DNA of 64,000 nucleotides, taken from positions 35,528,001 to 35,592,000 of the forward strand of contig OZ249440.1 in the NCBI GenBank assembly GCA_965235115.1. The letters are read 5' to 3'. The notes beneath the pieces were generated by a model that saw only the letters and a program-made list of their open reading frames with translations, did no database searches and was not told where the DNA came from. The first letter of the stretch is position 1, and every line of letters starts with the position of its first letter. The DNA is from Laetmonice hystrix (lineage: Eukaryota). Of this stretch, positions 22,827 through 35,801 are shown in pieces. A program made the translations under genes and the position numbers.

Positions 22827-25800
22827 GAGGCCACCCTGTGGGCATCATAATGCAAACATCATCCTTAGCATCTTGTAGTCTGAACCATGATGGTAGATTA
22901 CTGCAGTGGAAAGCTGAGGTCATCTACCACCCATCATCATTGTGGTCACTGACATGCTATTAATTTAGTTGTAAACCACTTATCATCAATATGGTCACTG
23001 GCACGCTATTAATTTAGCTGTAAACCATTCATGTTTGCTTATGATTCCCATGGTCATGTATTTGTAAATAATAGAGATGGGGAGGAAACATTAGGTGGAC
23101 TCACCCTGTACATAGACATAGGGAAGCTTTTTGGGGAGGAAACATTAGGTGGACTCACTCTGTATATAGGCATAGGAGGGCATTAGGTGGACTCACCCTG
23201 TAGTTATAGGGAAGCTTTTAGGGGAGGAAACATTAGGTGGACTCACCCTGTAGTTATAGGGAAGCTTTTTGGGGAGGAAACATTAGGTGGACTCACCCTG
23301 TAGTTATAGGGAAACTTTTCAGACCTGCACATCCAAATTTTAGATGGTGCTCCTTTGGGGCGGCCTTCCCGTGGCGAGTACCGTTCTCGACTAACGGCCC
23401 CATCTAACTCCTATAGGTCTATGGGTCACAGACCCCACCCCCATATGTGAATGAAAACACCATCTGCCCGTCCATTCATCCATCCATCCATCCATACAGA
23501 CGCACGCACCCCCCAAACCCCACATGACCCAGTGACCCCAGGGTGACCCAGAGACTATAAATAGCCGCCGACGTGGGGGGGGGGGGTTCTTGTCGACTTA
23601 TTGGGTACTTACTATAGCAGGGTATTTTCCGTCTGCAGGAGTCGACTTGTTATCCATAGCGCTGACGTGACCCAGTGACCGCAGGGTGACCCCCAGGGTG
23701 ACCCTAGGGTGAACCCAGAGACCCGCCTCTGCAGGTGGTCCATAACGCTGACGTGACCCAGTGACCGCAGGGTGACCCCAGGGTGACCCCAGAGACCCGC
23801 CTCTGCAACTGGTCCATAGCGCTGACGTGACCCAGTGACCGCAGGGTGACCCCAGGGTGACCCCAGAGACCCGCCTCTGCAGCTGGCGGGGCTCTGCTGG
23901 CGGGGCGTTTTTGCCCCATTGGAATAACATAGGGCCAGGTGGGCCAAAACCAGCCTTTTCACACTACTTGCGTTGATGTTGTATATCTGGATTTTCAAAA
24001 GGCGTTTGACAAAGTTCCCCATGAGAGGCGCAAAATTAAGTTGAAAAGCTATGGGATCTCCGAGCAGATTACAGCATGGAATAGTGACTTTCTCTCTGGA
24101 AGATATCAAAGGACCATAGTAAATGCATTTCATTCAGACTGTTGCTCAGTAACGAGTGGGATACCCCAGGGAAGTGTCCTAGGGCCGTTGCTCTTCGTTT
24201 GTTATATAAATGACTTACCTGATGACATAATCACTAATATAGAAGTGTTCGCCGATGACACCAAGCTTTTTGCAGATTCGAAGCAACATATCATGCTACA
24301 GGAAGATTTAAACAAGGTTGTCGACTGGAGTGACACATGGCTAATGAAATTCAATGCAAAAAATGTAAGGCGATGAGACTTGGTAGACACGAGATGGAGA
24401 ACAACTTAAGTCTTATATTACATGTATATGAGAAGCGGCAATGAGAATATCCCTCTGCAGACTACCCTGGTAGAAAAAGATCTAGGAGTGCATATCGACA
24501 ATAAACTTCAATTTACATACCACATTGATACAGTTGTGAAGAAAGCCAACGGAATATTAGGACCCTTAAGAAGATCATACATTTATTTATATAAGGAAAA
24601 TTTCACCTACCTTTACAAAGCATTAGTAAGAAGACCACATTTGGAGTATGGTTTTAGTGTATGGGCCCCTTCAACTAAATCAGACTGCGAGAAGCTAGAA
24701 AATGTGCAGAGAAGAGCGACAAAGCTGGTTCCTGAACTGAAGGATTTAAACTACCATGACAGGCTACAAGCATTAAATCTTCCTTCACTAATGTATAGAC
24801 GCTATAGAGGTGACATTATCAATACCTACAAATACCTACATGAAATATTCAGATGCAAGCAGAGAATGTTTATCCGGGATGCTTCTTCCACAACCAGAGG
24901 TCACCAGTTCAAGCTAAAGAAAGAACGCCTGGAATGCCCTTCCTGAATATGTCGTGTCGGCACCGAGCATTGATGCACTGAAAAGTCGACTAGACCAGCA
25001 TTGTTTAGACCGACGCTATAATACAGAGGCCGTCCCTCCATGACCATGTGCATCAAAATCATAATTATTAACCTAATGAGTAGAGCGGTCAACAGGCATC
25101 TGTGCCTTTTTAAACCCGACCGTAGAAGATATATAAGACCACGGCCACGGTGAAGGTAACCGTCGTCACGTCACGTGAGGACTGCCTGGTGAGCGCAAAA
25201 CGTACTAATGACGGCGGTATGCCCCAGATGACTGGGCCTTTTACCGCGGGTGGGCGTCTTGCCCCATTTTACTCAGGTAGCCTACATGTAGGGCCTATAG
25301 GCTATGCAAGGGCGCATCCAGAAATTCGGGGGGGGGGGGCATCAGGCGAAGCACAACTTACGAGCGCCGAAGGTGGGGTCTGGCGTCCTACGTACCCTTG
25401 CCCTAGAGTGTCTCCGCTGGGAGAACCCTGGATTAGCCCTACCGGTACCTATGTGGCCGGCTTTATTTGAGGGCCAAACCGACATTGATTCAGGGAATGG
25501 GGGACCCGTCGGGAGCGTTTCCCGCCCGATTTATTCCCTAGGGGCCACGTGGGGGACCGATTTCTCCCGGTTTCCCGGTTTCTCGAACACACACTTCAGT
25601 CTTTTAGTCTGAGTGTCACTCAAGTTGACTCAACTCTTGTATAACCTATGCTAAATAGCTGACACCAACACCACATACTGACGGTCGCTTTCCGTGTCCC
25701 GGTCAGTTTCAGTAGGCTACATTCTGCCGGTTTCGGTGTTTAGTGCGACTGCTCTCGCCCAGATGGCGCCCTCCATGCCGACCATGGACCAGTCGACCAT

Positions 25801-26264
25801 ACTCACCAGGTGGCGCCAGAACTTTACAGAAATCCGAGTGAGCGCGATTGTGGTCGGGAACAAGAAAACAACAGGTTGGAAGCGGCCATAAAGTGGCATG
25901 TGACCTATGACAACTGTTACTAATACTAGACCAAATGAAATATGGTGACTACACAACAATCAGGTAGGTATTATGACGTATCCATTGATTGGGACAATCT
26001 GGAAAGTTTAAATGCGTTGGGATACCCGATTATCGCTCATACACGATAGTAGGAATACCAGTCAAATCGTCACACGGTGTTGGGTACACGCATTTCGGCC
26101 GCCGCTGTGTTTCGGCCACCCGTATATTGTTACGCACCAACGCAACGGGTAGGCTGAGTGTGCGGTACGTGCAGGCCTGTCTGGGCCAGCTGTCTGGTTG
26201 GGGGGAGGGGGAGGGAGTAGCGGCGTGCTGCACCCGTCGTCGGGCAGCGTGGTCAGCGCGGCTA

Positions 26265-26296
<32 letters not shown>

Positions 26297-26683
26297 GGTA
26301 GGGCGGAGAAAAAGTCCCCGAAGAAACCAACGTTGACCAAAACGTAGGCTATTTTTATTTATTTTAGCATCAATGAAAACATTTACAAGACCAACTCTCA
26401 ATCATTCCTGTATTTACAGCATCGCCTACCCCTATCATTTCTCATGAAAACTATCATGAAGTTTATATTATAGGTGGAGATACCTAGCCTCTCACGGCCT
26501 ATCGACTAGCGAACGGCTACGAGAACAAACGTTCAACCCGCAGAATGAATGTGCACCCCGCAACTCTTCCATCACTTCAAATAAAAGATTGCCTTTACCT
26601 TCAGCTACTGAGCCCAATGAACTTACTTGGTGTTCGTTCCTCTAAGCAACAGATTCGGCCCATTTTCCATTTTTCCAGTAATA

Positions 26684-27464
26684 CAGTAGAACCTCACAAA
26701 TACGACCATCTGAGGGACTGGCCGAAAGTGGTTGTAATTCTGAGATGGTCGTAATTCTGAAATTTGACCTGGATTAGGAAGGGTTTTGGGTATAGGGGGG
26801 GGGCTATCATTTAACCTGGATTAGGGACATAGATATATCAGCATGATATCAGTAAAGGATGCAACAGAGAAAGATTCATAGGCCTACATTTACATAATGT
26901 ATAGGCCTCCTACATCCTTTCCCAGTGTTTATTTGCATGAAGAGAAAGACAAACTTGAAACACTCTAAAACTTGGGAATAACTGAAAACTATGACAAGAC
27001 TGAGTTGGATGAACAGGAATACAGGTGTGTGGGATACAAAAATCAGTCTCGGTTTATAGTGACTCAAGTAGGGTCTAGGTGGACAGAAACACCTTGGCCC
27101 ATTAATCTAAGTCGCACCTCCCATTGTCTTCATAAAGTCTCTACAAACACTGCTGTTATTTAGGGTCAATGTGGGCAGGAGCATCTCAGCCGGGTCTGTT
27201 AATCCAAGTCGCACCTCCCATTGTCTTACAACTACATGTACAAACACTGCCAGCCACTCCGTCGGGTCACTGACTGGTCGTTATTGTGAGGTTGAATCCA
27301 ATTTGGGACTGAAATAAGTGGTCGTAAAAGTGAATTCCGAGGTGGTCGTATTTCTGAAACTTAAATGCAATGAAGATATAGGGATAATTTTGGAACTGCT
27401 CAAAAGTGGTCGTATTTTTGAGGTGGTCTTATTTCTGAGGTGGTGGTTAGGTGAGGTTCTACTC
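26684..27464. mobile_element. Tc1/mariner (Tigger/pogo-like) MITE
   Basis: TA-CAGTAGAACCTCAC ... GTGAGGTTCTACTC-TA; internal GTGGTCGTA repeats. Confidence 0.7.
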
Positions 27465-27817
27465 TACGTATAAAAGTATAAGTTACTACTAAAATGTGGA
27501 TGTAACCATGGAATTAAGTATAAGAGGATTGATAGATCGTACTTAAAGAGGATGTCATAAAAGGTGTGTTGTAATTAAGTATCAAATAAATATCAAACAA
27601 TATCAAACAAAATATCAAATATCAAAAATATCAAATATCAAACAAAATTTTTAACCTCAAACAACTAAACAGCGACTTACTAGAGAATTAATCATTGGCG
27701 GATCCAGAATTTTTTTAGGATAATATCATTCATAATTTTTTTTATTGAGGCAAACTCATTATTCCAATATTTCATGAAATCATACTTAAAACAGCGTCTG
27801 GAATTTTTTTGGCCTAC

Positions 27818-27999
27818 CTCATCCAAGATCAGTGGAGGTACGATGTACGTCATGCTCTTTCCAAAGCCGGTCGGTAACACTCCAAAGGTGTGCCTGCCAT
27901 GCAATCTGTTCAATGATTTCCGTCTGTTCAGGTTTCAAAACCTGTGGAACAGTATACTTCGCCGTCACTTGCTGTAGGAGTTCCATGGTGTCCGACATG
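27818..27999 (-). pseudogene. RecQ-like helicase first-exon fragment (possibly AcademH transposon-derived)
   Basis: LKPEQTEII (Q motif) and, after a frameshift, VLPTGFGKSMTY (Walker A), followed by a GTAGG donor. Confidence 0.55.
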
Positions 28000-28330
28000 G
28001 GCTTCGCTCTTTGGTCTAGAATAATGAATGCTCCCCTGCTGGTCGCCAGTGCGCATGTTTTGAACATGCGCAGTAGAACAAACTGTATGGCGGCTAACGG
28101 CAGTGAACCAGCACGATTCGGAATTTCGAAAGTTTGATTTATTAACACTTTGGGCAAAAATCCTCGGAAAAGTGTGCAGCAGAGGAACAGAAGATGGGCT
28201 GCGTTAGAATTGACACCTCAACTGGCAGTAGTTACGATGGATTTTGCACAGCGAGTGATTGACATAGGAGGTAGGATTTTTCGCGTTAGCGGTGTCCGTC
28301 CCTACTGGGACGATACTCCGTCTAGAGATA

Positions 28331-29300
28331 CCCAGCAGGCACAACTTCGTCAGAGCAACGTCTTAATGACGTCAAAACCTGACGTCAGATGTCAGTCGCG
28401 TGTAGTTCAGTAGTGAAAATCTATATGACGTAAAATGTTGACGTTGGGCTGACGTCAAAGTACAACGTCAGACTTACACCGACGTCTGACATCAGCTTAA
28501 CGTCATGCAATGACGTTAACCTGATGTCAGAACCGGACGTCAAACAGAGGTCAAGCTGAGGTCAGTGGTGAAAATCAGTATGACGTCATATTTAAACGTA
28601 GAGCTGACATCAAACGTCTGACGTCAGCTTAATGTCATGCAGTGACGTTAACCTGATTTCAGAAACTGACGTAAAACTATGGTCAAGCTGAGGTCCGTGG
28701 CGAAAATCAGTATGACGTCATATTTTAACATAGAGCTGACATCAAACGTCTGACGTCAGCTTAACGTCATCCAGTGACGTTAAACTGATGTCAGAACCTG
28801 ACGTCAAACAGAGGCCAAGCTAAGGTCAGTCGTAAACATCAGTATGACGTCATATTTAAACGTATATCTGACGTCAAAAGTCTGACATCAGGTTAACGTC
28901 ATACAATGACGTCATATTTAAACGTAGAGCTGACGTCAAAAGTCTGACATCAGGTTATCGTCATGCAGTGGCGTTACCCTGATGTCAGAACCTGACGTCA
29001 AACTGAGGTCAGCGCTGAAAATCAGTATGACGTCATATTTACACTTAAAGCTGATGTCAAAAGTCTCACGTCCGGATAACATCATGTGATGACGTCAACT
29101 TAACATCAGACTTTTGACAACAGTTCAATGCTAAAGTATGACGGCATAATGATGTTCCCCACTGACCTCACCTTGACTTCAGTTTGACGTTAGGTTAAGA
29201 TATCAGGTTAACGTCTACATGACGTTAAATTGAGACCATAACCTGACGTTAAACTGAGGTCAAGCTGTGGTCAGTGGTGAACACGAGTTTGACGTCATAT
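28331..29300. repeat. TGACGTCA-rich tandem repeat array, ~132-bp period
   Basis: AAAATCAGTATGACGTCATATTT-like unit at ~28571, 28703, 28835 and 29018. Confidence 0.8.
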
Positions 29301-30715
29301 GGCTGATGTACGATCCCGACGTTGGATATAATATGGTGTGATGACGTGAGCCCAGACCTGCCAAACCGTAAAAATACCACTTTGTTACCTGCAGTGAAAA
29401 TATTTTTGTTTTAAATTGTAGTTGGTTACAAAAAATCGTATGGGCGTGTTTCTGCAAGTAAATCAACCAATTTTAATTATTATGCAACTTCACATTGTGT
29501 TGCCCGTACTTTACACTTTACGTCATACATGTATGTGACTGGGACGACTGACATAAACTTGATTTTGGTGCAGCGCGGTCTGCATAATCTGGTCTTTGAA
29601 CCTAGGACGTCTGGATTTCCATTGTCGCTTCCGTAGCTCTGACGAGCAAACCAACATTGACTTACCATTTTATTTTTAACATGCCAAATGATGAAACCCA
29701 GGGCTATGCAACAGCAAGTACACATATAACGTAGGATATCCAAAATTGTCTTAAAGCGATCAATGGGCATTTCATATTATGTTTTTTTAGATGGGCAGAT
29801 AGCAGTTAATAAAAGTACTCATATAGTGTACACATATATTAACTAACATACATCGCCTTTACAACAGGACCAAGGGACTAGTTTTTCACGCAAGATCAGA
29901 AAGTAAGCTAAGATGGACGATATAACAAAAGCCAAGATGGAGGACCTAGTCCGCAGCCAACATTTAATTATAATCTTTGATCTCCTGCTGAAATACATGT
30001 CATGCTCTAATTGCGCTCCGCTGGAGAGATATGGCATTGGAAGTCAAAAGAAAATTATGTTTCAGAGAATTATGAGCAAATGCATCAAATATCTACTTGT
30101 TGTAATCAATTTTTATATTGATGAATTTTGAATACCAACTCGGAGTTATATGATTTTATCGTAGTGGTTGGCAGGTCTGTTATAGCCTGATCTCAGAACC
30201 TGACATCAGACTAAGGTCAACCTGACATACAAAGTTATTTACCATAATGATAAAAAAATGGACATCTAATAATGGATTTAGAAGTTTTTATTGTGCCATT
30301 TTGTCAAATGGAACCCAACTAATTCATCGCCAAAACAATTATTATTAAGATGGCCTCCCAACTCTTCTTAAGCTAATGCGAATGGCGGCCTTTAAACATA
30401 GCATGCCCCACCCTTCCTTTGAGGCGCATGCTTCAAAGCATACCCGATTTCTTTTTCAATTATCTCCTCTGAAATCGACTCGTGATTTTTCAGGATGCAC
30501 TCTGAAATCAAACATTTAGATTGGTATCAAGTTCGATACTTAATATTTCTCTACCAGTAATAGGTATTTTAACAAGATTTGGTGGACAGTGGAAATTTCT
30601 AGTAATGAGTCTTCCTATGACAAATCTGTTATTAAAGATGTCACTGTTATATCAGAATAATATTGATAAACTTAAAATATCATGTCAAAGTTGTGTATAA
30701 AATAAATTGATATAC

Positions 30716-30899
30716 CTTTCACAATGTCGAACAGTCGGGTCCCCTTGAAAGCCTTTTTCTCTTGGCCCCTTGACCACACAGGTTCATCTCCGACATCAAC
30801 TTGTTTGTCATCAATCTGAAAGTTTTTTTTAAACAATAATCCAGTTCGATCAATACATACAGCACTCTTCCATACATAGTCTCTGAGTATATGACAGAC
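30716..30899 (-). pseudogene. Isolated exon of a probable TE-associated (BEN/DUF4806-like) gene
   Basis: TTTGCAG acceptor and AAG/GTATAT donor bracket VCHILRDY...WSRGQEKKAFKGTRLFDIVK. Confidence 0.3.
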
Positions 30900-33548
30900 C
30901 TGCAAATATTTGGTTTAAAAAACAGTGTTATTCTTATGTCTGTATGTAGTCATTGTCATTATGGATACTCGTTTTCAAGTACGGCTCATGCTGGCATCAA
31001 TATGGTAATAGGACAGAGGCGTAGAAAGCACTTTAAAAGTGGGGGGGGGGGGGGCAACAGGGCCCTGTGCAGGATTTTTCATGGGGGGGGGGGGTTCTGG
31101 GCCAGCGTAGAAGGCGTGAAGCCATGCTAGGGGGGTCTGGGGGCATGTCCCCCGAAAAAATTTGAAATTTATAGTGTAATTTTGTGATATTTGCATCTTA
31201 TAGCACAAAATAAGGTCTGAAATGTGAAAAAATACCCTCCCCCATAGACTTCCATAGACTTCTAATGGCAAAAGTCAAGGGGAGGAAAAAAGTGGGGGGG
31301 GGCAAAAGATAATCTGGCCCCCCCCCTCATTTCAAAGTGGGGGGGGGCATGGCCCCCCTGCCCCCTTTTCCTCAACCACTGTACGATGCTGCTACACCCT
31401 TTCTGTATCTATTTTTGTTGTGTCCAGCATCCCTGCTCCTAACCGCGAGCAGGAGAGAGGGAACGCTAATTGAGGTCAGCACCTCATTTACATATTATGT
31501 GCATACAGCCATTTCACTTGCATTAGCAGTGTGTGTGCCGAACGCCGACCTTCTCGCTATGACGCCTACAACGACCGGAGTTGTGCGGACACCCGTACTG
31601 CCCCCCTCAGTCGCCGTCGTTGCACGTCCTCCCGGTACACCAGTTCTGCTGTGATATCTACCAGCTGTGCCTCCGTGTGTAGGAGGTGACACAGGAGGTA
31701 GAATAGTAGACCACCTGTAGACAATTAAGTGCAGTACATGTATAGGAAATTTAATGACTGTATAAGTCCCAGTTAAACAATATACATCTATTAATATCAT
31801 ACATAATAAAATTGCACTACATCGTGAGGTGGTCTTGCAAAGTATCGGGTGGATAAAAAAACGCCCCGAACTTTAAACTTCAATATTTCAAAAAGTAATG
31901 ATTGTAAATCAACGAAATTTTTCTTAATATCACTTCATGATGTTCTCTCTTAGTTGGTAATGTTACAACTCAAGAGCTTGGATAATATTTCCCTGGGGCT
32001 AAAAACAAAAATAATTGTCAGTGTTTTCGTCGCCAACTCGCCTGACGCGAGTAAAAAATTCTCCGGGCGACTAAGATGCTGATCGAGGTTGTTGGCGACT
32101 AAAAAATTTGCCACCCTCACCTCTGGCAGTGCGCCATGTGTTGGCTGTGCTGGTGTTTTGAGAGCGGTGTGTTCTGCTCCCCGTGCTGCCGAGCGGCAGC
32201 ATGGATGTCGCACCCGTTGTGGATTCTGCCAGTCATCAGCAGGGGGCCGACAGCCCTGGGAGGGCAGGAGCCTGTCCCGGCACCCGTTACTTGTTAGGGG
32301 CGGGAGTCAGCGTGGCGGAGGGGGCATCCCGACACCCGTTGTGGTCCGACGGGAGGCCGGTCGTCGGGAGGGCGGTTACCAATTTCAAGGAGCGCTGTCA
32401 CTTTTGCCACAAAACGGCTAAAGATCTTCATTACGCCAGGAGGGCAGGCGAAGGGCCCAGCGACCGAAATCAGTGGAGACTGACGGGAAGAGGGGGCCGG
32501 TCGGGCACCACTTGGGCCGGGAGTGGGGAGGTGGGGGTGGGTGCATGCAAGGGCAAGCTGATTTCCGGCGACGCTGAGAGCCCAACCCCCAGGTAGGGTC
32601 CCCTATACCAGGAGCGTAGCTTCCATTAGCCTTAGGCAAGTGCCTACATATTTTGCCCCAGAAATAAAAAAAGATTTGCCAGAAATGCAATACTAGCTTA
32701 CAAATAACAGGCCTATGTGTAAAATTAAATTAAAATAGATTTTAAAAAAAATACCCGGGGTGATGGTGATTTGCCAACATAGAATGCCCTCAGACCCCCC
32801 CCCCCCCCAAAAAAAAAAGTGCCTACACATTTATTTCAGCCAAGCTACGCCCCTGCCTACAGCACACACACACTGGTCAGTAGCAGTGCTTGCGGTTTGA
32901 CGGGAGCGATTGCTCCCGCGCCCGTCCGCTCCCGTAAAATCAGATTTACGAGCGCAATCCATCGGTCCCGCCGGCTAAAAGAACGTTAACAACAGACAAG
33001 CACGATTCCTTCCCGCAGACGACTTTTAAGTTTCAGTCTGAGTCATTTATGAGCATCAAAAATGCATAGATAAAGTATAATGCTGCGCTGCCAGTTGCCA
33101 GGCCTCCACCTGTACTAGTTTTGTGTGACCTCATACCATTTCAGAGTGAAGTGACTGTTTCCATTTTCCAGGAGAGCTAATAGCTCCTGTACAATAAAGT
33201 GCGAGAGTGATGAAACGCTCTCCTGCAAATTTCAGATGGCAAGCACTGCAGTAGTTTATTGACTGGCAATGAAGAATTTATGTCTATGCCAGGACTGGTA
33301 CCATCACCATATTAAATCAACTATCGTGTGTGTAACCACAGGAGCCTCGTCCGTTGGGGGCGGGCTGTATACTAATAAAAAACAAGGAATGAAACGTCTA
33401 CGGCAAAGCGAAGCGGGTCCCTTCCGAATTAGGGCCCATAATACCTTAACGAATCATCATTTCTTCGCAATTCCGCAAAGAACAAAAAAAACATCCACTT
33501 CTATCATTCTTCTATCATTATAATCATGAAAATCCCAAATCATTACAT

Positions 33549-34896
33549 GAGTTTGAGTTTTGAGTTTATTGTCACAGTATTATACATAGAAAATTAATGA
33601 TTACATATTCCTGAACAATAAAGCAGTATAAGTGCTTGTTTTAGTCACAGGGGTATACATACATTGGATAAAGGCATATTTTTAAAAATGTTACAAGATA
33701 GAGGTTAGAGATGGTGTGACAATAGTAAAACGATTATACATTCAACATATATACAATAACAGGGTAATTAGGACACAACAAATACAAAGACAAATACAGG
33801 ACTTCCACACATTTCCTACATAGCCTACATTATTATTATTTGACATGATACAGTATGATATGGTATGATAGTATAATAATAGATGTCAGTACATAAGTGT
33901 TCAGGTTAGTGCTCGAGAATCAATAGTTTTTTAAGTTGCCTTTTAAAGGTACACAGGGAACAGCTTGTATCAATATTTTTGGAAAAATGGTTAAATAAGT
34001 TAGGACCTTTGATGAGAATGTTCCTTTGAATATAAGACAGATGGGTAAAAGGTACCTCAAATATATTTACAGATCTAGTGTCTCTCACATAGCCTGCATT
34101 TTAAAAAGTTCTGTAACGACTGTTGGCAACTGACCTTTGTACACTTTAAACATTTGAATAATCACCGAGTATTTATAGAGGCTCTCCAGGGGGAGGATAT
34201 TATATTTTACAAACAGTGGTCCAATATGGGTATATTTCCTAGCATTGTCAATAATACGAATTGCTTTCTTTTGTAATAAAAATAGTTTAAGTTCCCCTCT
34301 GATGCACAACCCCAGATAGATAGCCCATTACTAAAGTATGGATGTATAAAAGAATAATACGCCTCTACTAAGGTAATGTGGTCTGCAACTCTCATTAATT
34401 TATTAAGCATACCAATAATGTTAGAAACCTTTTTTGAGATATGTGTTATATGGCAATTCCATTTTAACTTTTCATCGAGAACATAACCTAGAAATTTAGT
34501 AGTATTAGTTCGTTGTAAGGACCGATTTTGAATACGAAGGACTCGGATTAGTATGAATTTGATGTTGATGAGAAAATATCATATAATTCGATTTGGATAC
34601 GTTTAGAGAGAGGCAGTTGGCCATCAGCCAATCGCCTATACGTTCAAGGTCAGCGTTTGCCCAGTTGAATAAATCTAACTCATTTCCCGCAACGAAAAAA
34701 TGCCATCATCGGCGTACATCACCGGCTGAAGTTTATCACACACTTCAGAAAGGTCATTGATATAAATCAAGAACAAAAGTGGACCTAGAATAGAGCCCTG
34801 GGGTACTCCGGTGGAGATTGGTAGGTCTGATGAATTGGTACCTGAGACTGAGACATACTGATATCTGTCCTTAAGGTAGTTTGTTATCCAGCACAT
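33549..34896 (-). mobile_element. Degraded CR1/L2-like LINE 3' fragment with AATAAA and (AAACTC)n-like tail
   Basis: [27 protein letters not shown]; several frameshifts; plus-strand TGAGTTTGAGTTTTGAGTTTATT at 33548-33570. Confidence 0.85.
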
Positions 34897-35072
34897 AAGA
34901 AGAGATATCCTCCGTGAAAGCTCACCATTAGCGATGCTAGACTGGTGTCAGCACCGCCATTACCCAAAACATGCTGACAGGTCTGTACTGAATGGATATT
35001 TACATTATGACTGCCAGCAGTTCTGTTCGCCGCCATAGGCGAACGAGATCCCTGATTTTGGTAGCCCTAGAC

Positions 35073-35560
35073 CTACCTTGCCACGATTACTACCACCCGG
35101 AATTAGTCTGTAGGTAGGACGCGCCTCGGCCGCGGGCTCGACGGGAGCAGGCTCCGGGTTTAGGTCCGCCATGTCTGACTCGTTGAATCGGTCCGGCAAT
35201 TCGAAATCCCCGAGCTCGTATGCCATTGGGTCCCTCCCAGGGCCGTCGACTGCTTGGAGGGTGTGGGGGGAGGTCGAGGGGGGCATCTGGTACGTCCTCC
35301 TCCTCCTCCTCCAGCAGGTCAGCGGGGACGGCAAGGAGGGCATCTGGGGGTGTGTCCTCCTCCAGCAGGTCGGCAGGGTCGGCGAGGGGGGCATCTGCGG
35401 GTACGCCCTCCTCCAGCAGGTCGGCGGGGTCGGCGAGGGGGGCATCTGCCATCGCGTCGTCCTCCAGCAGGTCGGTCATTCTCCCAATGCCATCCAAGGT
35501 CAAAAACCGGAACGTCCTCCACCCGCATGTCCGCTGGGAGACCCTAGGCTCACGGGCAAT
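35073..35560 (-). pseudogene. Exon fragment with acidic 57-bp repeats (DAPLADPADLLEE) ending in a FLYWCH/MULE-like start
   Basis: ORFs 35090-35608 and 35005-35445; PTYRLIPGGSNRGK followed by a GTAGG donor. Confidence 0.3.
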
Positions 35561-35801
35561 GGGCAAAGGATCCAAAGCTGGTGGTCCAGATGCTGGCGGC
35601 ATGCCCAATCTATGCGACCAGTCTGGACTTCTAATCAGTACTCCTCACGAGAAACACCGCTGTTACATTGACAACGCTAACAACCCTCGCACAACAGTGC
35701 CTCCTGACGGGCAAGGACGCATTTGTCACATATGATCCATGGATCGGCCATATCTTGTCAATGCTTGGACGATAATATGGAGCTGGAGATACTGTGCATG
35801 T

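Larger units (their letters stand above)
16599..23968. mobile_element. Palindromic non-autonomous Polinton/Maverick (adintovirus-like) derivative
   Basis: 5'-AGTAGT...ACTACT-3' ends; 6-bp TSD TGCGTT (16593-16598, 23969-23974); arms 16599-20188 and 20382-23968 are reverse complements; encodes rve integrase and A32/FtsK-like ATPase. Confidence 0.95.
16430..24935 (+). mobile_element. Decayed CR1-like LINE RT split by the Polinton derivative (parts 16430-16598 and 23975-24935)
   Basis: QHGFMSGRSCTTNLL..DEGGC joins VDVVYLDFQKAFDKVPH across the insertion; GIPQGSVLGPLLF, FADDTK, EKDLGV, RPHLEY. Confidence 0.9.

Noticed and set aside
16599..23968. Palindrome as a sequencing or assembly fold-back artefact
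   Set aside because: The flanks are different and collinear halves of one LINE, a 6-bp TSD is present, and the arms carry private differences. Read-level confirmation is still desirable.
16599..23968. Two independent Polinton insertions back to back
   Set aside because: A single TSD pair, near-identical arms, a shared nonsense codon and no internal termini.
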